Assembly (NCBI GenBank): GCA_046313635.1 | Contig: JBKBYA010000009.1 | Span: 32,001-96,000, forward strand | Source: Pyrinomonadaceae bacterium | Lineage (GTDB): Bacteria; Acidobacteriota; Blastocatellia; Pyrinomonadales; Pyrinomonadaceae | Length of the DNA stretch: 64,000 nucleotides | Direction: 5' to 3' | Part shown: positions 41,053-50,678 of the stretch, piece by piece | Layout of the letters: every line of letters starts with the position of its first letter | How positions within the stretch are numbered: the first letter of the stretch is position 1 | Translations under genes and position numbers: made by a program | The notes under the pieces: model-generated | What the model was told of the DNA's origin: nothing | Databases searched by the model: none | What the model saw: only the letters and a program-made list of their open reading frames with translations

Positions 41053-41578
41053 GGCCGATCACACCGAATTCGGCGAAGAGATCCAATCAGCCACCGGCCT
41101 TCGGACTCCGCACCTCGGGTACTCCGCAACTTCCGCAAACTCCCCGAACTACGCGATGACCGAGGACGACAAGGCGACCGGGCTCGACCACACATGGTTT
41201 AGAAAATTAGAGAACAACGCGGGCCGGTGGACGAGCCCCGATCCTTACAACGGCAGCGCATCGATCGGCGATCCGCAAAGGTTTAACCGATACGCCTACG
41301 TCAACGGCGACCCGGTAAACTTCGTCGACCCGAGCGGTTTGAATAGAGCCTACTGCGAGTGGCGATGGGTCATCCCGGTGACCTGCACCGACAGCGAATG
41401 CGGGTACGATTGGTCTCGTGCCGGGTGGGCTTATGTTTGTACTGAATCACGTGGCGGCGCGAGTGACAACGGTCGGCTTGTGAGTTTTCCCTTCTGTACC
41501 TTTACCATGGTTTCCGCGCGTAAACATAGTTGTAATTGGATTGCTTTTAATCATAGGGGCGGTGCAGAACCTTATTGA
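41053..41578 (+). pseudogene. Orphan Rhs core fragment with a different, apparently truncated tip
   Basis: 41053-41337 is a colinear 285-bp copy of 39352-39636; diverges right after DPSG; no convincing start codon. Confidence 0.8.
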
Positions 41579-41738
41579 AGAATTTTCAACCCGATGAGTC
41601 CGCGGCCAGGAACCCTCGGAGCCGAAATCGGGGACGGTGCTGCAATTGTTGCAATTCTTTCATTGACCATGGATTCGGATTCAAGCTCAGCGTCGACGAG
41701 TTTCTCGAGCACGGCTGATTACCGGTTAGCTCTTCGAA

Positions 41739-42575
41739 TCAAAACGCGATCCAGTCGGTCGGCTCTTGGTGATACGAGACGTGAATATTCGTCTCCGCTT
41801 TGAAGAGCGGCGAGCGCATTTGGAGTGCGGTCTCGGCGGTGAGGCGGGCGAGGTGCGGTTCGTTGGAGCGTTGCGAGAGATGGGCGAGGACGATGTGGCG
41901 GGCGGAGCCGTCAAAGTCGGCGGTCAGCCAATCGGCGAGTGACTCGTTCGAGAGGTGGCCGTAGTCCGAGGCGATGCGGCGTTTGAGGTCCCAGGTGTAG
42001 ACCGGGCAGGTGCGGAGCATGTCGCGGCTGTGATTCGATTCGATAACGATCGCGTCGCAGCCTTTTAGTTTCTCTTTGATGGTCGGCGTGATGCAGCCAA
42101 AGTCCATCAGCGTCGCGACGCGGCAGCCGTCCTTGCGCGCGACAAAGCCGAAATTGTCGACCGCATCGTGCGGCACGCTGAAAGGCTCAAAGTCGATATC
42201 GCCTATGCGAAATTCGCGCGTCGAGTCGATCTCGATCGTGCGGTCTTTAAGGACGTCGCGGCGTTTGACGGCCTCGCTGCTGCCGTTGCTTTGCACGCCT
42301 TTTTTGGTCTCGTAGTACGCGTCCTCGGTATTTTTCGAGACGTAGACAGGACACTTCAGCGAGCGAAGCAGAACGCGAAGTCCGCCGGCGTGGTCCGAAT
42401 GCTCGTGCGTGAGCACGACGGCATCGAGCCGCTCGTGATCGACGCCGACCGCGGCGAGGCGGCGAAGAATCTCTCGCGCGCTCAGGCCCGCGTCGACGAG
42501 GACGCAGGTCGATTCGGTCGAGATGAGGACGGCGTTGCCGGACGAGCCGCTGCCGAGGACTGTGAATCTGATCAT
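41739..42575 (-). CDS. MBL-fold metallo-hydrolase (YycJ/WalJ-like)
   Basis: LGSGSSGNA, THEHSDH, PHD, ESNH, GHLSN, AHLS. Confidence 0.9.
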   Translation of the reverse strand: MIRFTVLGSGSSGNAVLISTESTCVLVDAGLSAREILRRLAAVGVDHERLDAVVLTHEHSDHAGGLRVLLRSLKCPVYVSKNTEDAYYETKKGVQSNGSSEAVKRRDVLKDRTIEIDSTREFRIGDIDFEPFSVPHDAVDNFGFVARKDGCRVATLMDFGCITPTIKEKLKGCDAIVIESNHSRDMLRTCPVYTWDLKRRIASDYGHLSNESLADWLTADFDGSARHIVLAHLSQRSNEPHLARLTAETALQMRSPLFKAETNIHVSYHQEPTDWIAF

Positions 42576-43357
42576 CGCTCCTGCTGGTACTTTTTCCTGA
42601 GCTGCGACGCGACGACCCGCGTGACGAGCCGTGTCGGCACGTAGCGGCCGAGCACGGCGCCGATGTAATTCGTAAGCCCCGAGATCGCGAGCGGCCTGCG
42701 TGCGGCGACGGCCCGCATCGCGACATCGACAACCTCTTCGGCGGTCTGCATTCCTTTCAATTGGATCGGGTCGGTGATCTTGGCCGCGCGGAAAAAGTTG
42801 GTTTTCGTCGGCCCAGGGCAAAGTGCGGTTACGAGTATACCAAAGGGCCGGTTCTCCTCGGCAACGGCCTGCGAGAACGAGGTGACAAAGGCCTTTGTCG
42901 CCGCGTAAGTCGCCATAAAAGGTATCGGCTGAAAGCTCGCCGTCGACGCGACGTTTACGATCGTCCCGCTTCGCCGCTCGCGCATCGGGCCGAGAAAGCG
43001 GTGCGTCAGAGTGACGAGCGCCGAGATGTTGAGATCGATCATTCGCAGCTCGGTCTCCAGATCGAGCTCGACAAAGTCGCCCATCGAGCCGTAGCCCGCG
43101 TTGTTGACGAGCCAGTCGACCTCGAGGTTGTGCTTCTCGGTCTCGCCCACCAGCCGGTCGATCGCGCCCGGCTCGGTCAGGTCGAGCGGCATGTAGTGCG
43201 CGGTGATCTTGTGCTTGAGCATCAGCTCGTCGCAGAGCTCGTGAAGCTGCTTTTCGCTGCGGGCGACGAGCAGCAGATCGCGGCCGTCGGCCGCAAGGCG
43301 CCGGGCGAAGGCCTCGCCGATGCCGCCCGAAGCGCCTGTGATGAGTGCGACCTTCAT
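42572..43357 (-). CDS. Short-chain dehydrogenase/reductase
   Basis: TGASGGIG, NNAG, YAATK. Confidence 0.93.
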   Translation of the reverse strand: MKVALITGASGGIGEAFARRLAADGRDLLLVARSEKQLHELCDELMLKHKITAHYMPLDLTEPGAIDRLVGETEKHNLEVDWLVNNAGYGSMGDFVELDLETELRMIDLNISALVTLTHRFLGPMRERRSGTIVNVASTASFQPIPFMATYAATKAFVTSFSQAVAEENRPFGILVTALCPGPTKTNFFRAAKITDPIQLKGMQTAEEVVDVAMRAVAARRPLAISGLTNYIGAVLGRYVPTRLVTRVVASQLRKKYQQER

Positions 43358-43878
43358 ATTTCGATCTCGGAGCTTGTCGGATAGAGCGAATGATAAACGG
43401 CGAGCGCCGCCGCGGCGAGGATGGTGAGCGTTCCCGCGAGCCGGATCAAACCCGCGACCGCGCCGGCCGAGCCGATCAGTCCCGTCTCGGTCAGCATGTA
43501 ATTCCAATCGTGAAAGCCGCCCTCGCTGCCCGTCAGGCCGCTCGTCAATACGAGCTGCATCTTCACGGCGTCGGCCGCGTAAACCCAGACATTCAGCAAA
43601 CTCTGCCCGACCCAAAACAAAACTATCGCCGCCGAATATGCGCTCCGCTGCCAGAACGCAAAATATCCGACAAACACCCCCGGCACGATCACCTGAAACA
43701 GCGTCCCGCCAGCGATGCCCATAAATTCGCCCAGCGGCCTGAAGACCAGATGTCCCGTCTCGTGCACCGGCAGATCGACCAGATCGAGAAAACTGCCCTG
43801 CATCGGGTCGTACGCGATCCAGAGAAAGTAGACCGCGGCCAGAAGGGCGAAAATGAGTTTTGGATAGTTTGGCTGCAC
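43354..43878 (-). CDS. Membrane protein with HExGH motif (peptidase M50B-like)
   Basis: HETGH, HDWNY, four hydrophobic segments. Confidence 0.65.
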   Translation of the reverse strand: MQPNYPKLIFALLAAVYFLWIAYDPMQGSFLDLVDLPVHETGHLVFRPLGEFMGIAGGTLFQVIVPGVFVGYFAFWQRSAYSAAIVLFWVGQSLLNVWVYAADAVKMQLVLTSGLTGSEGGFHDWNYMLTETGLIGSAGAVAGLIRLAGTLTILAAAALAVYHSLYPTSSEIEI

Positions 43879-43891
43879 TCTGATGGGCAGT

Positions 43892-44752
43892 TTAGAGAAG
43901 CTTCTTTTTTGCGATAAAGCCGGCGACCGTGTCGTTGAATTCCTTAGGCCGGTCCATCATCAGAAAGTGGCTGACGCCCGTCCACATTTGAAACTCGAGG
44001 TCGGGAGCGATCGAGCGGAAGAACTGCTCTTCGTCCGGCTTCCACGCGGGCGACTGGGCCATCACGGCGAGGACCGGAACTTTGATCTGCTCGGTTTCCC
44101 AGATCTTCATCTCGCCCATTCCGTCGTCCATCGCGCTGATCGCGACGTAGCCGGGCGTGGCGAGCATTGCCGAGCGGATCCAGGCTTTTCTTTTTTCGTC
44201 TTTGACCGGCGTCAGCATACCGTCGATCATCACGTGCGCGTTGCGGTCGTAGTCGGCGCGGATCGGGGCGAAGAATTTTTCAAAGACGTCGCTGTTCAGA
44301 TACGGCCTGAGAGCTCCGTCGACGATGACGATGCCGCGTGTGCGGGCGGGAAACAGCCGGTAGAATTGCCGCACTACGGGCGTGCCCATGCTGTGACCGG
44401 CGAGCACGGCGCGGCGGACCTTTGCCTTTTGCATCACGGCTTCGACCGCGCGGGCAAAATACTCCATCGTGTACTTTGTTCGCGGCTTGTCGCTCTGGCC
44501 GTGACCCGGCAGGTCGAGAGCGATGACTCGATAACCCGGAAATGCCGCTATCGAGTCTCGCCAAAAATCGGCGTTGCACGTCCAGCCGTGAACGAGTACA
44601 AGCGCGTCCTTTTTCCCGCGGTCGCCGACGTCGTAATAGCGGATCTTGACGTCGCCAAACTTTGCCCATCGTGTTTTCGGCACCTGCTGAGCCGCGGCTG
44701 AGAGCACCAAACACGCGATCGATAGAACAATGAGAAGGATGCTTTTCATCAT
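43892..44752 (-). CDS. Exported alpha/beta hydrolase
   Basis: Signal peptide, HGW, DLPGHGQS, GHSMG, SHF. Confidence 0.92.
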   Translation of the reverse strand: MMKSILLIVLSIACLVLSAAAQQVPKTRWAKFGDVKIRYYDVGDRGKKDALVLVHGWTCNADFWRDSIAAFPGYRVIALDLPGHGQSDKPRTKYTMEYFARAVEAVMQKAKVRRAVLAGHSMGTPVVRQFYRLFPARTRGIVIVDGALRPYLNSDVFEKFFAPIRADYDRNAHVMIDGMLTPVKDEKRKAWIRSAMLATPGYVAISAMDDGMGEMKIWETEQIKVPVLAVMAQSPAWKPDEEQFFRSIAPDLEFQMWTGVSHFLMMDRPKEFNDTVAGFIAKKKLL

Positions 44753-44765
44753 CTTGCCTCCGTCG

Positions 44766-45293
44766 TCAGTCCGTGGGTGTAAAGATCGAAAGGAACCTGT
44801 CTCTCGACACGGCGTAAAATACGCACATCTCGCCGTAATTCAGATCGGTCTTCTCGTACCGCATCCCGCATTTTTCCATAATGCGGCGCGAGCCTGTGTT
44901 GTCTGGATGTGCGACGGCGACGATGCGCTCGAGGCCCAGCGTCGTAAAGCCGTGCTCGAGCCACGCGCGAGCGCATTCGTAACCGAGCCCGCGGCCCCAG
45001 TGGTCTTTGGCGAGCGCGTAGCCGACCTCGATCTCGCCTGTGTCGCCGAGCGGCTGCAGGCCGCCGGTGCCGATCGGCTCGCCGGTCTCTTTCGAGATGA
45101 TCGCGTACATTCCAAAGCCGAACTTCGCATAGCAGTCGAGATAGAATTCGAGCCGCTGCGTCACGGCGTCGGGATTTTGGCGTTCGATGCCGCCGAGGTA
45201 TCTGTAAACCTCGGGATCCGAGCGGTTCTCGATCAGCCAGGGCAGGTCGTCGCGCTTCAATTCGCGCATCAATAGTCTTTCGGTTTCGAGCAT
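44766..45293 (-). CDS. GNAT N-acetyltransferase (RimJ/RimL type)
   Basis: LETERL, EVGY, WGRGLG, N..S....K.GM. Confidence 0.92.
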   Translation of the reverse strand: MLETERLLMRELKRDDLPWLIENRSDPEVYRYLGGIERQNPDAVTQRLEFYLDCYAKFGFGMYAIISKETGEPIGTGGLQPLGDTGEIEVGYALAKDHWGRGLGYECARAWLEHGFTTLGLERIVAVAHPDNTGSRRIMEKCGMRYEKTDLNYGEMCVFYAVSRDRFLSIFTPTD

Positions 45294-45415
45294 CGGGCGG
45301 TGCGCCGGCCGGCGATCAAAGTTGTCTTAAACGCGGCCCCGGCGGTATCTTAATTTACAAAAGCGGATCGTAAATACCGGCCAATTATCGCCTATCTCCG
45401 AGGAGGAACAAAGCT

Positions 45416-46036
45416 ATGCAAAATTCAGCCGAAACCCGCCGCGACTTTCTCAAACGCACTCCGATCCTGTTTGCCGCTCCGCTCGCGCTTGCCTGCCGTG
45501 CCGACACGCCCGCGCAGCAGCGTGACGGAACGCTCCTGGTTAGGATAAAAAAGAATGCGATCCGCGACCCGCGCAGCGAGTGGTGGGGCGCGGCCGACGC
45601 GCCGCAGGGCGTCTCATCGCGCACAGACCTCAGACAGCCCGGCGACGAGCCGCCAAGTCTCGTTGTGAGCGGCACTGTTTACAACGCCGACGGCACGCCT
45701 GCTCCCAATATCCTGATCTATCTCTATCACACAGACGTTCACGGCATTTACGGCCGCGCCGGCGAGCATCGTCACGGCAAGTACCGCGGATGGCTCTTGA
45801 CGGACGAAAAAGGGCGTTATGAATTTACGACGATAATGCCCGCGTCGTACCCAGACTCGACGGTCGCCGCTCACATTCACATGACCGTTACGAGCGAGGA
45901 GCGTAGAGAGGACTGGATCGACTCGATCCTGTTTGACGGCGATCGCTTCTTGACCGAGCGTGAGCGGGCGGTCAGGCGAGGCGGATTTGATCCTGACGGG
46001 ACGCTTCGCGGCGTGCGTGATATCAAGCTGATGTAG
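45416..46036 (+). CDS. Intradiol ring-cleavage dioxygenase-like protein with Tat signal
   Basis: RRDFLK Tat motif, YHTD.HG.Y, RGW..TD..G.Y.F.TI.P.SY, AHIH. Confidence 0.8.
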   Translation: MQNSAETRRDFLKRTPILFAAPLALACRADTPAQQRDGTLLVRIKKNAIRDPRSEWWGAADAPQGVSSRTDLRQPGDEPPSLVVSGTVYNADGTPAPNILIYLYHTDVHGIYGRAGEHRHGKYRGWLLTDEKGRYEFTTIMPASYPDSTVAAHIHMTVTSEERREDWIDSILFDGDRFLTERERAVRRGGFDPDGTLRGVRDIKLM

Positions 46037-46051
46037 AGAGCGGACGTACGT

Positions 46052-46696
46052 TTACGGAGAGAGCCGGCAGATCTCCCAACCGCCGCCTTTCAGCTCGTAC
46101 ATGATGCGGTCGTGCAGACGGCTCTGGCGGCCCTGCCAAAATTCGAATTTGCTTGGCGTCACATTCCAGCCGCCCCAAAAATCTGGCAGCGGGACCTCCT
46201 GATCCCTGAACTTCTCCTCGAGCTCCGCGAACCATCTCTCGAGCACCTCACGCGACGCGATGACGCTGCTCTGCCGCGAGGCCCAGGCGCCGATCTGGCT
46301 CGCGACCGGCCGCGTGCGAAAGTAGGCCGCTGACTCCTCGGCCGCGATCTTCGCAGCGGTGCCGGCGATATGGACCTGACGCTCGAGCTCGGGCCAGAAA
46401 AAGCTCAGCGAGCAGTGCGGATTGCCCGCGAGGTCGCGGCTCTTTTTGCTCTCGTAATTCGTAAAAAAGACAAAGCCTCGCTCGCCAAATTCCTTGAGCA
46501 GCACGATGCGTGTGGACGGGCGGCATTCGGCGTCTACCGTCGCCAGCATCATCGCCGTCGGCTCGGTCAGCTGCGAGTCGAGAGCCTCCTGCATCCACAC
46601 GCCAAACTGCGCGACCGGGTCGGCATCGACCGAAGATCTTGTCAGCTCCTTGAGTGAATATTCGCGCCGTATCGAGGCCAGTTCTTTACCGAGCAT
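46052..46696 (-). CDS. pdxH: Pyridoxamine 5'-phosphate oxidase
   Basis: RIVLLK, FFTNYES.K, SQIGAWAS.QS, EFWQGR.SRLHDR. Confidence 0.97.
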   Translation of the reverse strand: MLGKELASIRREYSLKELTRSSVDADPVAQFGVWMQEALDSQLTEPTAMMLATVDAECRPSTRIVLLKEFGERGFVFFTNYESKKSRDLAGNPHCSLSFFWPELERQVHIAGTAAKIAAEESAAYFRTRPVASQIGAWASRQSSVIASREVLERWFAELEEKFRDQEVPLPDFWGGWNVTPSKFEFWQGRQSRLHDRIMYELKGGGWEICRLSP

Positions 46697-46774
46697 CGGG
46701 AAACTTCCTCCTTTCGGAAAAGCGAGCGTTAATCTGCGTGCGCTTGTCGGACGCCATTGGTCTCTTACGAGATC

Positions 46775-46911
46775 TTGGAAGCGGATGAAGCGGATGATAC
46801 GGATGCTCCGGATAAATCCGGATCAGGGGACGATCCAATGCGACCCGCGTTCACCAAAAATCATATTTCTTATCCGTCCCCATCCGCCCGATCCGTTTCA
46901 TCCGCTGCCAA
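46775..46911. repeat. Inverted nonamer (CGGAT-core) arrays between DUF1015 and pdxH
   Basis: ttggaagcggatgaagcggatgatacggatgctccggat / atccgtccccatccgcccgatccgtttcatccgctgccaa. Confidence 0.8.
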
Positions 46912-46956
46912 ACGGCCCCGCTAACGATCAGACGCCTTGCCGAACCAAACCCAACT

Positions 46957-48189
46957 TCAGATCAAATGAACGAGTATCCCGTCCTTCAGCTTCGGCTCGA
47001 ACCACGTCGACTTTGGCGGCATGATCTCGCCGGCGTCCGAGACGGCGAGCAGGTCGTCCATCGTCGTCGGGTAGAGCGAGAACGCAACCTCCGCGTGACC
47101 CTCGTCGACGAGCCGCTCGAGCTCGGCCGTTCCCCGCCGCCCGCCGACAAAGCTTATGCGATCGTCGGTCTGCACGTCTGTGACGCCGAGCACAGGTGCG
47201 AGAATAAAATTCTGCAAGATGCTCACGTCGAGCCGCTCGATCGGGTCGGGTTCGCGAATGTAGTTGACGGCAAACCGCAAAAGGTACCATCGACCGCCGC
47301 CGAGGTACATACAAATATCGCCGTGGCGATCGGGCTGCTTCTCGCTTGAGCTCGAGACGATGAAGTTCTCTTTGAGCCGTTCAAGGAATTCGTCCTCGCT
47401 CATGCCGTTCAGGTCGGCGACGACGCGATTGTAGGCGAGTATGCGGCAGTCCTCGGCCGGGAAGATGCCGGCCATGACAAAGTTGTAGTCCTCGTCACCC
47501 GAGTGCTCGGCGTTGGCGTCGCGCAGCCGCGCGCGGGCCGCGTCGGCACTCTCGGCGCGATGGTGGCCGTCGGCGATGTAGAGCGAATCGATCTCGGCAA
47601 ACGCGTCGACGAACGGCTGCGGATCGGCGATCTTCCAGAAGGTGTGCCGCACGCCGAGCAGGCATTTGAAGTCGTACAGCGGCTCGCCCCCGACGGCGTC
47701 GTTCAGCAGCGCGTGGATCTCGTCCGTCCCACGAAACGCGAGAAAGATCAATCCCGTCTGCGCGCGGACGGCGAGCAGGTGGTCGGTGCGATCCTTCACC
47801 TTGTCGGGGCGCGTCTTTTCGTGCTTTTTGATCAGGCCCGATTCGTACTCGTCGAGCGAGCAGCACGCGACGATGCCCGTCTGCGTGTGTGTGCCGGTCT
47901 CGAGCCGGTAAACGTAGAGGTCAGGCTCGTCCTCGACGAAGTATGTGCCGCTCTCGAGCAGGTGCTGCAGGTTTTGACGGGCACGCTCGAAGATCTCGTG
48001 CGAGGTCGGATGCGAACCTTCGGGAAATTCGGCCTCGGCCCGCGTGACGCGAAGGAATGTGTACGGATTGTTGCGGACGGCCTCGCGGGCCTCCGACTCG
48101 TGCACGATGTCGTACGGGACGCACGACACCTGCTCGGCTTTTTCGGGTACGGGTCGAAGCGCCCGAAACGGTCTGATGGTCGCCACCAA
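46957..48189 (-). CDS. DUF1015 family protein
   Basis: IRPFRALRP, PYD, IKKHEKT, YIADGHHR, MPPKSTWFEPK. Confidence 0.92.
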   Translation of the reverse strand: MVATIRPFRALRPVPEKAEQVSCVPYDIVHESEAREAVRNNPYTFLRVTRAEAEFPEGSHPTSHEIFERARQNLQHLLESGTYFVEDEPDLYVYRLETGTHTQTGIVACCSLDEYESGLIKKHEKTRPDKVKDRTDHLLAVRAQTGLIFLAFRGTDEIHALLNDAVGGEPLYDFKCLLGVRHTFWKIADPQPFVDAFAEIDSLYIADGHHRAESADAARARLRDANAEHSGDEDYNFVMAGIFPAEDCRILAYNRVVADLNGMSEDEFLERLKENFIVSSSSEKQPDRHGDICMYLGGGRWYLLRFAVNYIREPDPIERLDVSILQNFILAPVLGVTDVQTDDRISFVGGRRGTAELERLVDEGHAEVAFSLYPTTMDDLLAVSDAGEIMPPKSTWFEPKLKDGILVHLI

Positions 48190-48210
48190 ATTCTCCTGGA
48201 TGCTCTCGGG

Positions 48211-48684
48211 TTAAGGCGTCGTCGGCTGACGGCCCTGGTTGATCGCGTCGTTGAGCTCGCGTTCGCGCTGATCGAACTCCTGCATCATCTGATCGGCAAA
48301 GCCCTTTTTGTCGATCCGCCATTCGTTGTTCTCTTTGACGAAGGGAATGGTCTCCCACGCGCCGAACGAATTCTTGACCTCGATCGTCGCCCTGTCGCCG
48401 TCGATCTTCTCGTTGCGGTACTCGACGGTCGTCTGGCCCTCGCCGAGCAAGGTCTCGCGCTTTACGACGTCGTCGACGGTCACGCCCTGCGCCTTGGCCT
48501 CCTGCTCGTGCATCTTGAGCGTCTCGCTCGAGAGCAGCAGCTTCATCGTCGTGATGTCTTTATTCTTAAAGGCCTTGACGTAGGTCTTAAAGGTCTGTAC
48601 CGGCGACGCCGGCTCGCTCGTGCCGCCGCAGGCCGCGGCGATCAGCAGCAAAACAAATAAAAGCCCTGTCGCGAGAGGACGCAT
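48211..48684 (-). CDS. Lipoprotein, NTF2/DUF4878-like
   Basis: Lipobox AAAC, EKIDGDRATIEV, FVKENNEWRID. Confidence 0.7.
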   Translation of the reverse strand: MRPLATGLLFVLLLIAAACGGTSEPASPVQTFKTYVKAFKNKDITTMKLLLSSETLKMHEQEAKAQGVTVDDVVKRETLLGEGQTTVEYRNEKIDGDRATIEVKNSFGAWETIPFVKENNEWRIDKKGFADQMMQEFDQRERELNDAINQGRQPTTP

Positions 48685-48767
48685 AATTGATGAGCAAAAA
48701 CCCGAATCGATATACTCTGTTCTCAAAGACCTGAGTATATCGCAACCGGTGAGGAGCTTAAAAAACG

Positions 48768-49049
48768 ATGGAACGCAGAGCGCTTGAACCCGCGGAGATC
48801 GAGGACCGTCTGGCCGAGCTGAACGGCTGGGAGACGGACGGCGGCCGGCTGGTAAAGAAATTGAAGTTCGCCAATTTTGCCGAGGCGCTTGAGTACGTGG
48901 ATCGGGTCGGAGCGCTTGCAGAGGCGGCCGACCATCACCCGGACGTCACCTTCGGCTGGGGCTACGCCGAGATCGCCCTGACGACGCACGACCGCGGCGG
49001 CGTGACCGACGTCGATATCGCTCTCGCGCGGCAGATCGACACGCTATAA
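48768..49049 (+). CDS. phhB: Pterin-4a-carbinolamine dehydratase
   Basis: AE.ADHHPD, LTTHD.GG.T..D. Confidence 0.92.
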   Translation: MERRALEPAEIEDRLAELNGWETDGGRLVKKLKFANFAEALEYVDRVGALAEAADHHPDVTFGWGYAEIALTTHDRGGVTDVDIALARQIDTL

Positions 49050-49133
49050 ATTGCGCACGCCGTCGCGAGGCGATAAAATCTTGGTTTTGGCCGCCAGGAC
49101 AAAATTCAAACAATAAGGATTTAAGAACTGCTT

Positions 49134-50603
49134 ATGTCGAATGTACCTATTACGGTTGCACATGGCGACGGCATCGGGCCGGAGATCATGGACGCGACGC
49201 TGCATATCATAAAAGAGGCCGGTGCCCGCATCGACATCGAGACGATCGATATCGGCGAAAAGGTTTACCTCTCGGGCAACACGGCCGGCATCGCTCCGGA
49301 GTCGTGGGATTCGCTCCGGCGTACAAAGGTCTTTTTGAAGGCCCCGATCACGACGCCGCAGGGCGGCGGCTTTAAGTCGCTCAACGTCACGGTCCGCAAG
49401 ACGCTCGGCCTGTATGCGAATATTCGCCCGTGCGTCTCGTATCACCCCTTCGTCCGTACCAAGCACCCGGTGATGGACGTCGTCATCGTCCGCGAGAACG
49501 AAGAGGACACGTATGCCGGCATCGAGCACCGCCAGACGCAGATGGTCGAGCAGTGCCTCAAGCTCATCACGCGGCCCGGCTGCGAAAAGATCGTCCGCTA
49601 CGCCTTCGAGTACGCGGTCCGCAACAACCGTAAAAAGGTCACCGCCTTCATGAAGGACAACATCATGAAGCAGACCGACGGCCTGTTTCACAAGGTCTTT
49701 GACGAGATCTCGCAGGAGTATCCGCAGATCGAGGCCGATCACTGGATCGTCGACATCGGCGCGGCAAAGATGGCCGACACGCCGGAGAATTTCGACGTTA
49801 TCGTGATGGAAAACCTCTACGGCGACATCCTCTCGGACGTCGCGGCTCAGATCGCCGGCTCGGTAGGTCTCGCCGGCTCGGCAAACATCGGCGAGCACAT
49901 CTCGATGTTTGAGGCGATCCACGGCTCTGCCCCGCGCCGCGCGGGCCAGAACCTCGCCAATCCGTCGGGTCTCTTCCTCGGTGCGGTGATGATGCTCGTC
50001 CACATCGGCCAGCCCGATGTCGCCGAGCTCGCGCACAACGCGTGGCTCAAGACGATCGAGGACGGCGTCCACACTTACGACATATTCAAAGAAGGCGTCT
50101 CGAAGGAGAAGGTCGGCACCAAAGAGTTTGCTCAGGCCGTCGTCGACCGCCTCGGTCAAAAGCCCGAGACGCTCAAGCCCGTCGAGTACAAAAAGCTCGA
50201 TGAGGTCGCCGCCGCCGACCAGAAGCCGCTCTACACCGTCCGCGAGCCGCAGAAGAAAGAGCTCAAGGGCGTCGACGTCTTTATCGACTGGTGGAACGGC
50301 AAATGGTACGGCGCCGCCGACGACCTCGGGCCGCAGGTCGAAAAGATGGGCACCGACGGCCTCAAGCTCGTCATGATCTCGAACCGCGGCACAAAGGTCT
50401 ACCCCAAGGGCCTGCCCGACACCTTTTGCGTCGATCACTGGCGCTGCCGCTTCATGGCCGAGAATCAGGGCGACACGATCACGTTCCAGCAGGTGATCGA
50501 CCTGCTCCAACGCTTTAAGGATGCCGGTCTCGACGTTATCAAGACCGAGCACCTCTACTACTTCGACGGCGAGCCGGGCTTTGCCCTCGGACAGGGTCAG
50601 TAA
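49134..50603 (+). CDS. icd: NADP-dependent isocitrate dehydrogenase
   Basis: GDGIGPEI, KAPITTPQGGG.KSLNV, RENEED, KDNIMK, NLYGDILSD, EAIHGSAP. Confidence 0.96.
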   Translation: MSNVPITVAHGDGIGPEIMDATLHIIKEAGARIDIETIDIGEKVYLSGNTAGIAPESWDSLRRTKVFLKAPITTPQGGGFKSLNVTVRKTLGLYANIRPCVSYHPFVRTKHPVMDVVIVRENEEDTYAGIEHRQTQMVEQCLKLITRPGCEKIVRYAFEYAVRNNRKKVTAFMKDNIMKQTDGLFHKVFDEISQEYPQIEADHWIVDIGAAKMADTPENFDVIVMENLYGDILSDVAAQIAGSVGLAGSANIGEHISMFEAIHGSAPRRAGQNLANPSGLFLGAVMMLVHIGQPDVAELAHNAWLKTIEDGVHTYDIFKEGVSKEKVGTKEFAQAVVDRLGQKPETLKPVEYKKLDEVAAADQKPLYTVREPQKKELKGVDVFIDWWNGKWYGAADDLGPQVEKMGTDGLKLVMISNRGTKVYPKGLPDTFCVDHWRCRFMAENQGDTITFQQVIDLLQRFKDAGLDVIKTEHLYYFDGEPGFALGQGQ

Positions 50604-50627
50604 AGGCCGTATCGGCGGTGAATATCG

Positions 50628-50671
50628 GATGAGGGACACGGTTGCGTTTGTCCCTCATCTTTCTTATTTTT
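50628..50671 (+). terminator. Intrinsic terminator after icd
   Basis: gatgagggaca...tgtccctcatc 11-bp stem plus tttcttattttt. Confidence 0.75.
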
Positions 50672-50678
50672 GAAGCGA

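Noticed and set aside
39352..41337. Diversity-generating retroelement TR/VR pair
   Set aside because: Mismatches are not restricted to adenines, there is no reverse transcriptase in the window, and the repeat is the conserved Rhs core
49044..50639. Long antisense ORFs (also 10369-11631, 18692-19951, 33702-34712, 51952-53190, 55488-57185)
   Set aside because: Shadow frames of real genes caused by high-GC codon bias; no recognisable motifs
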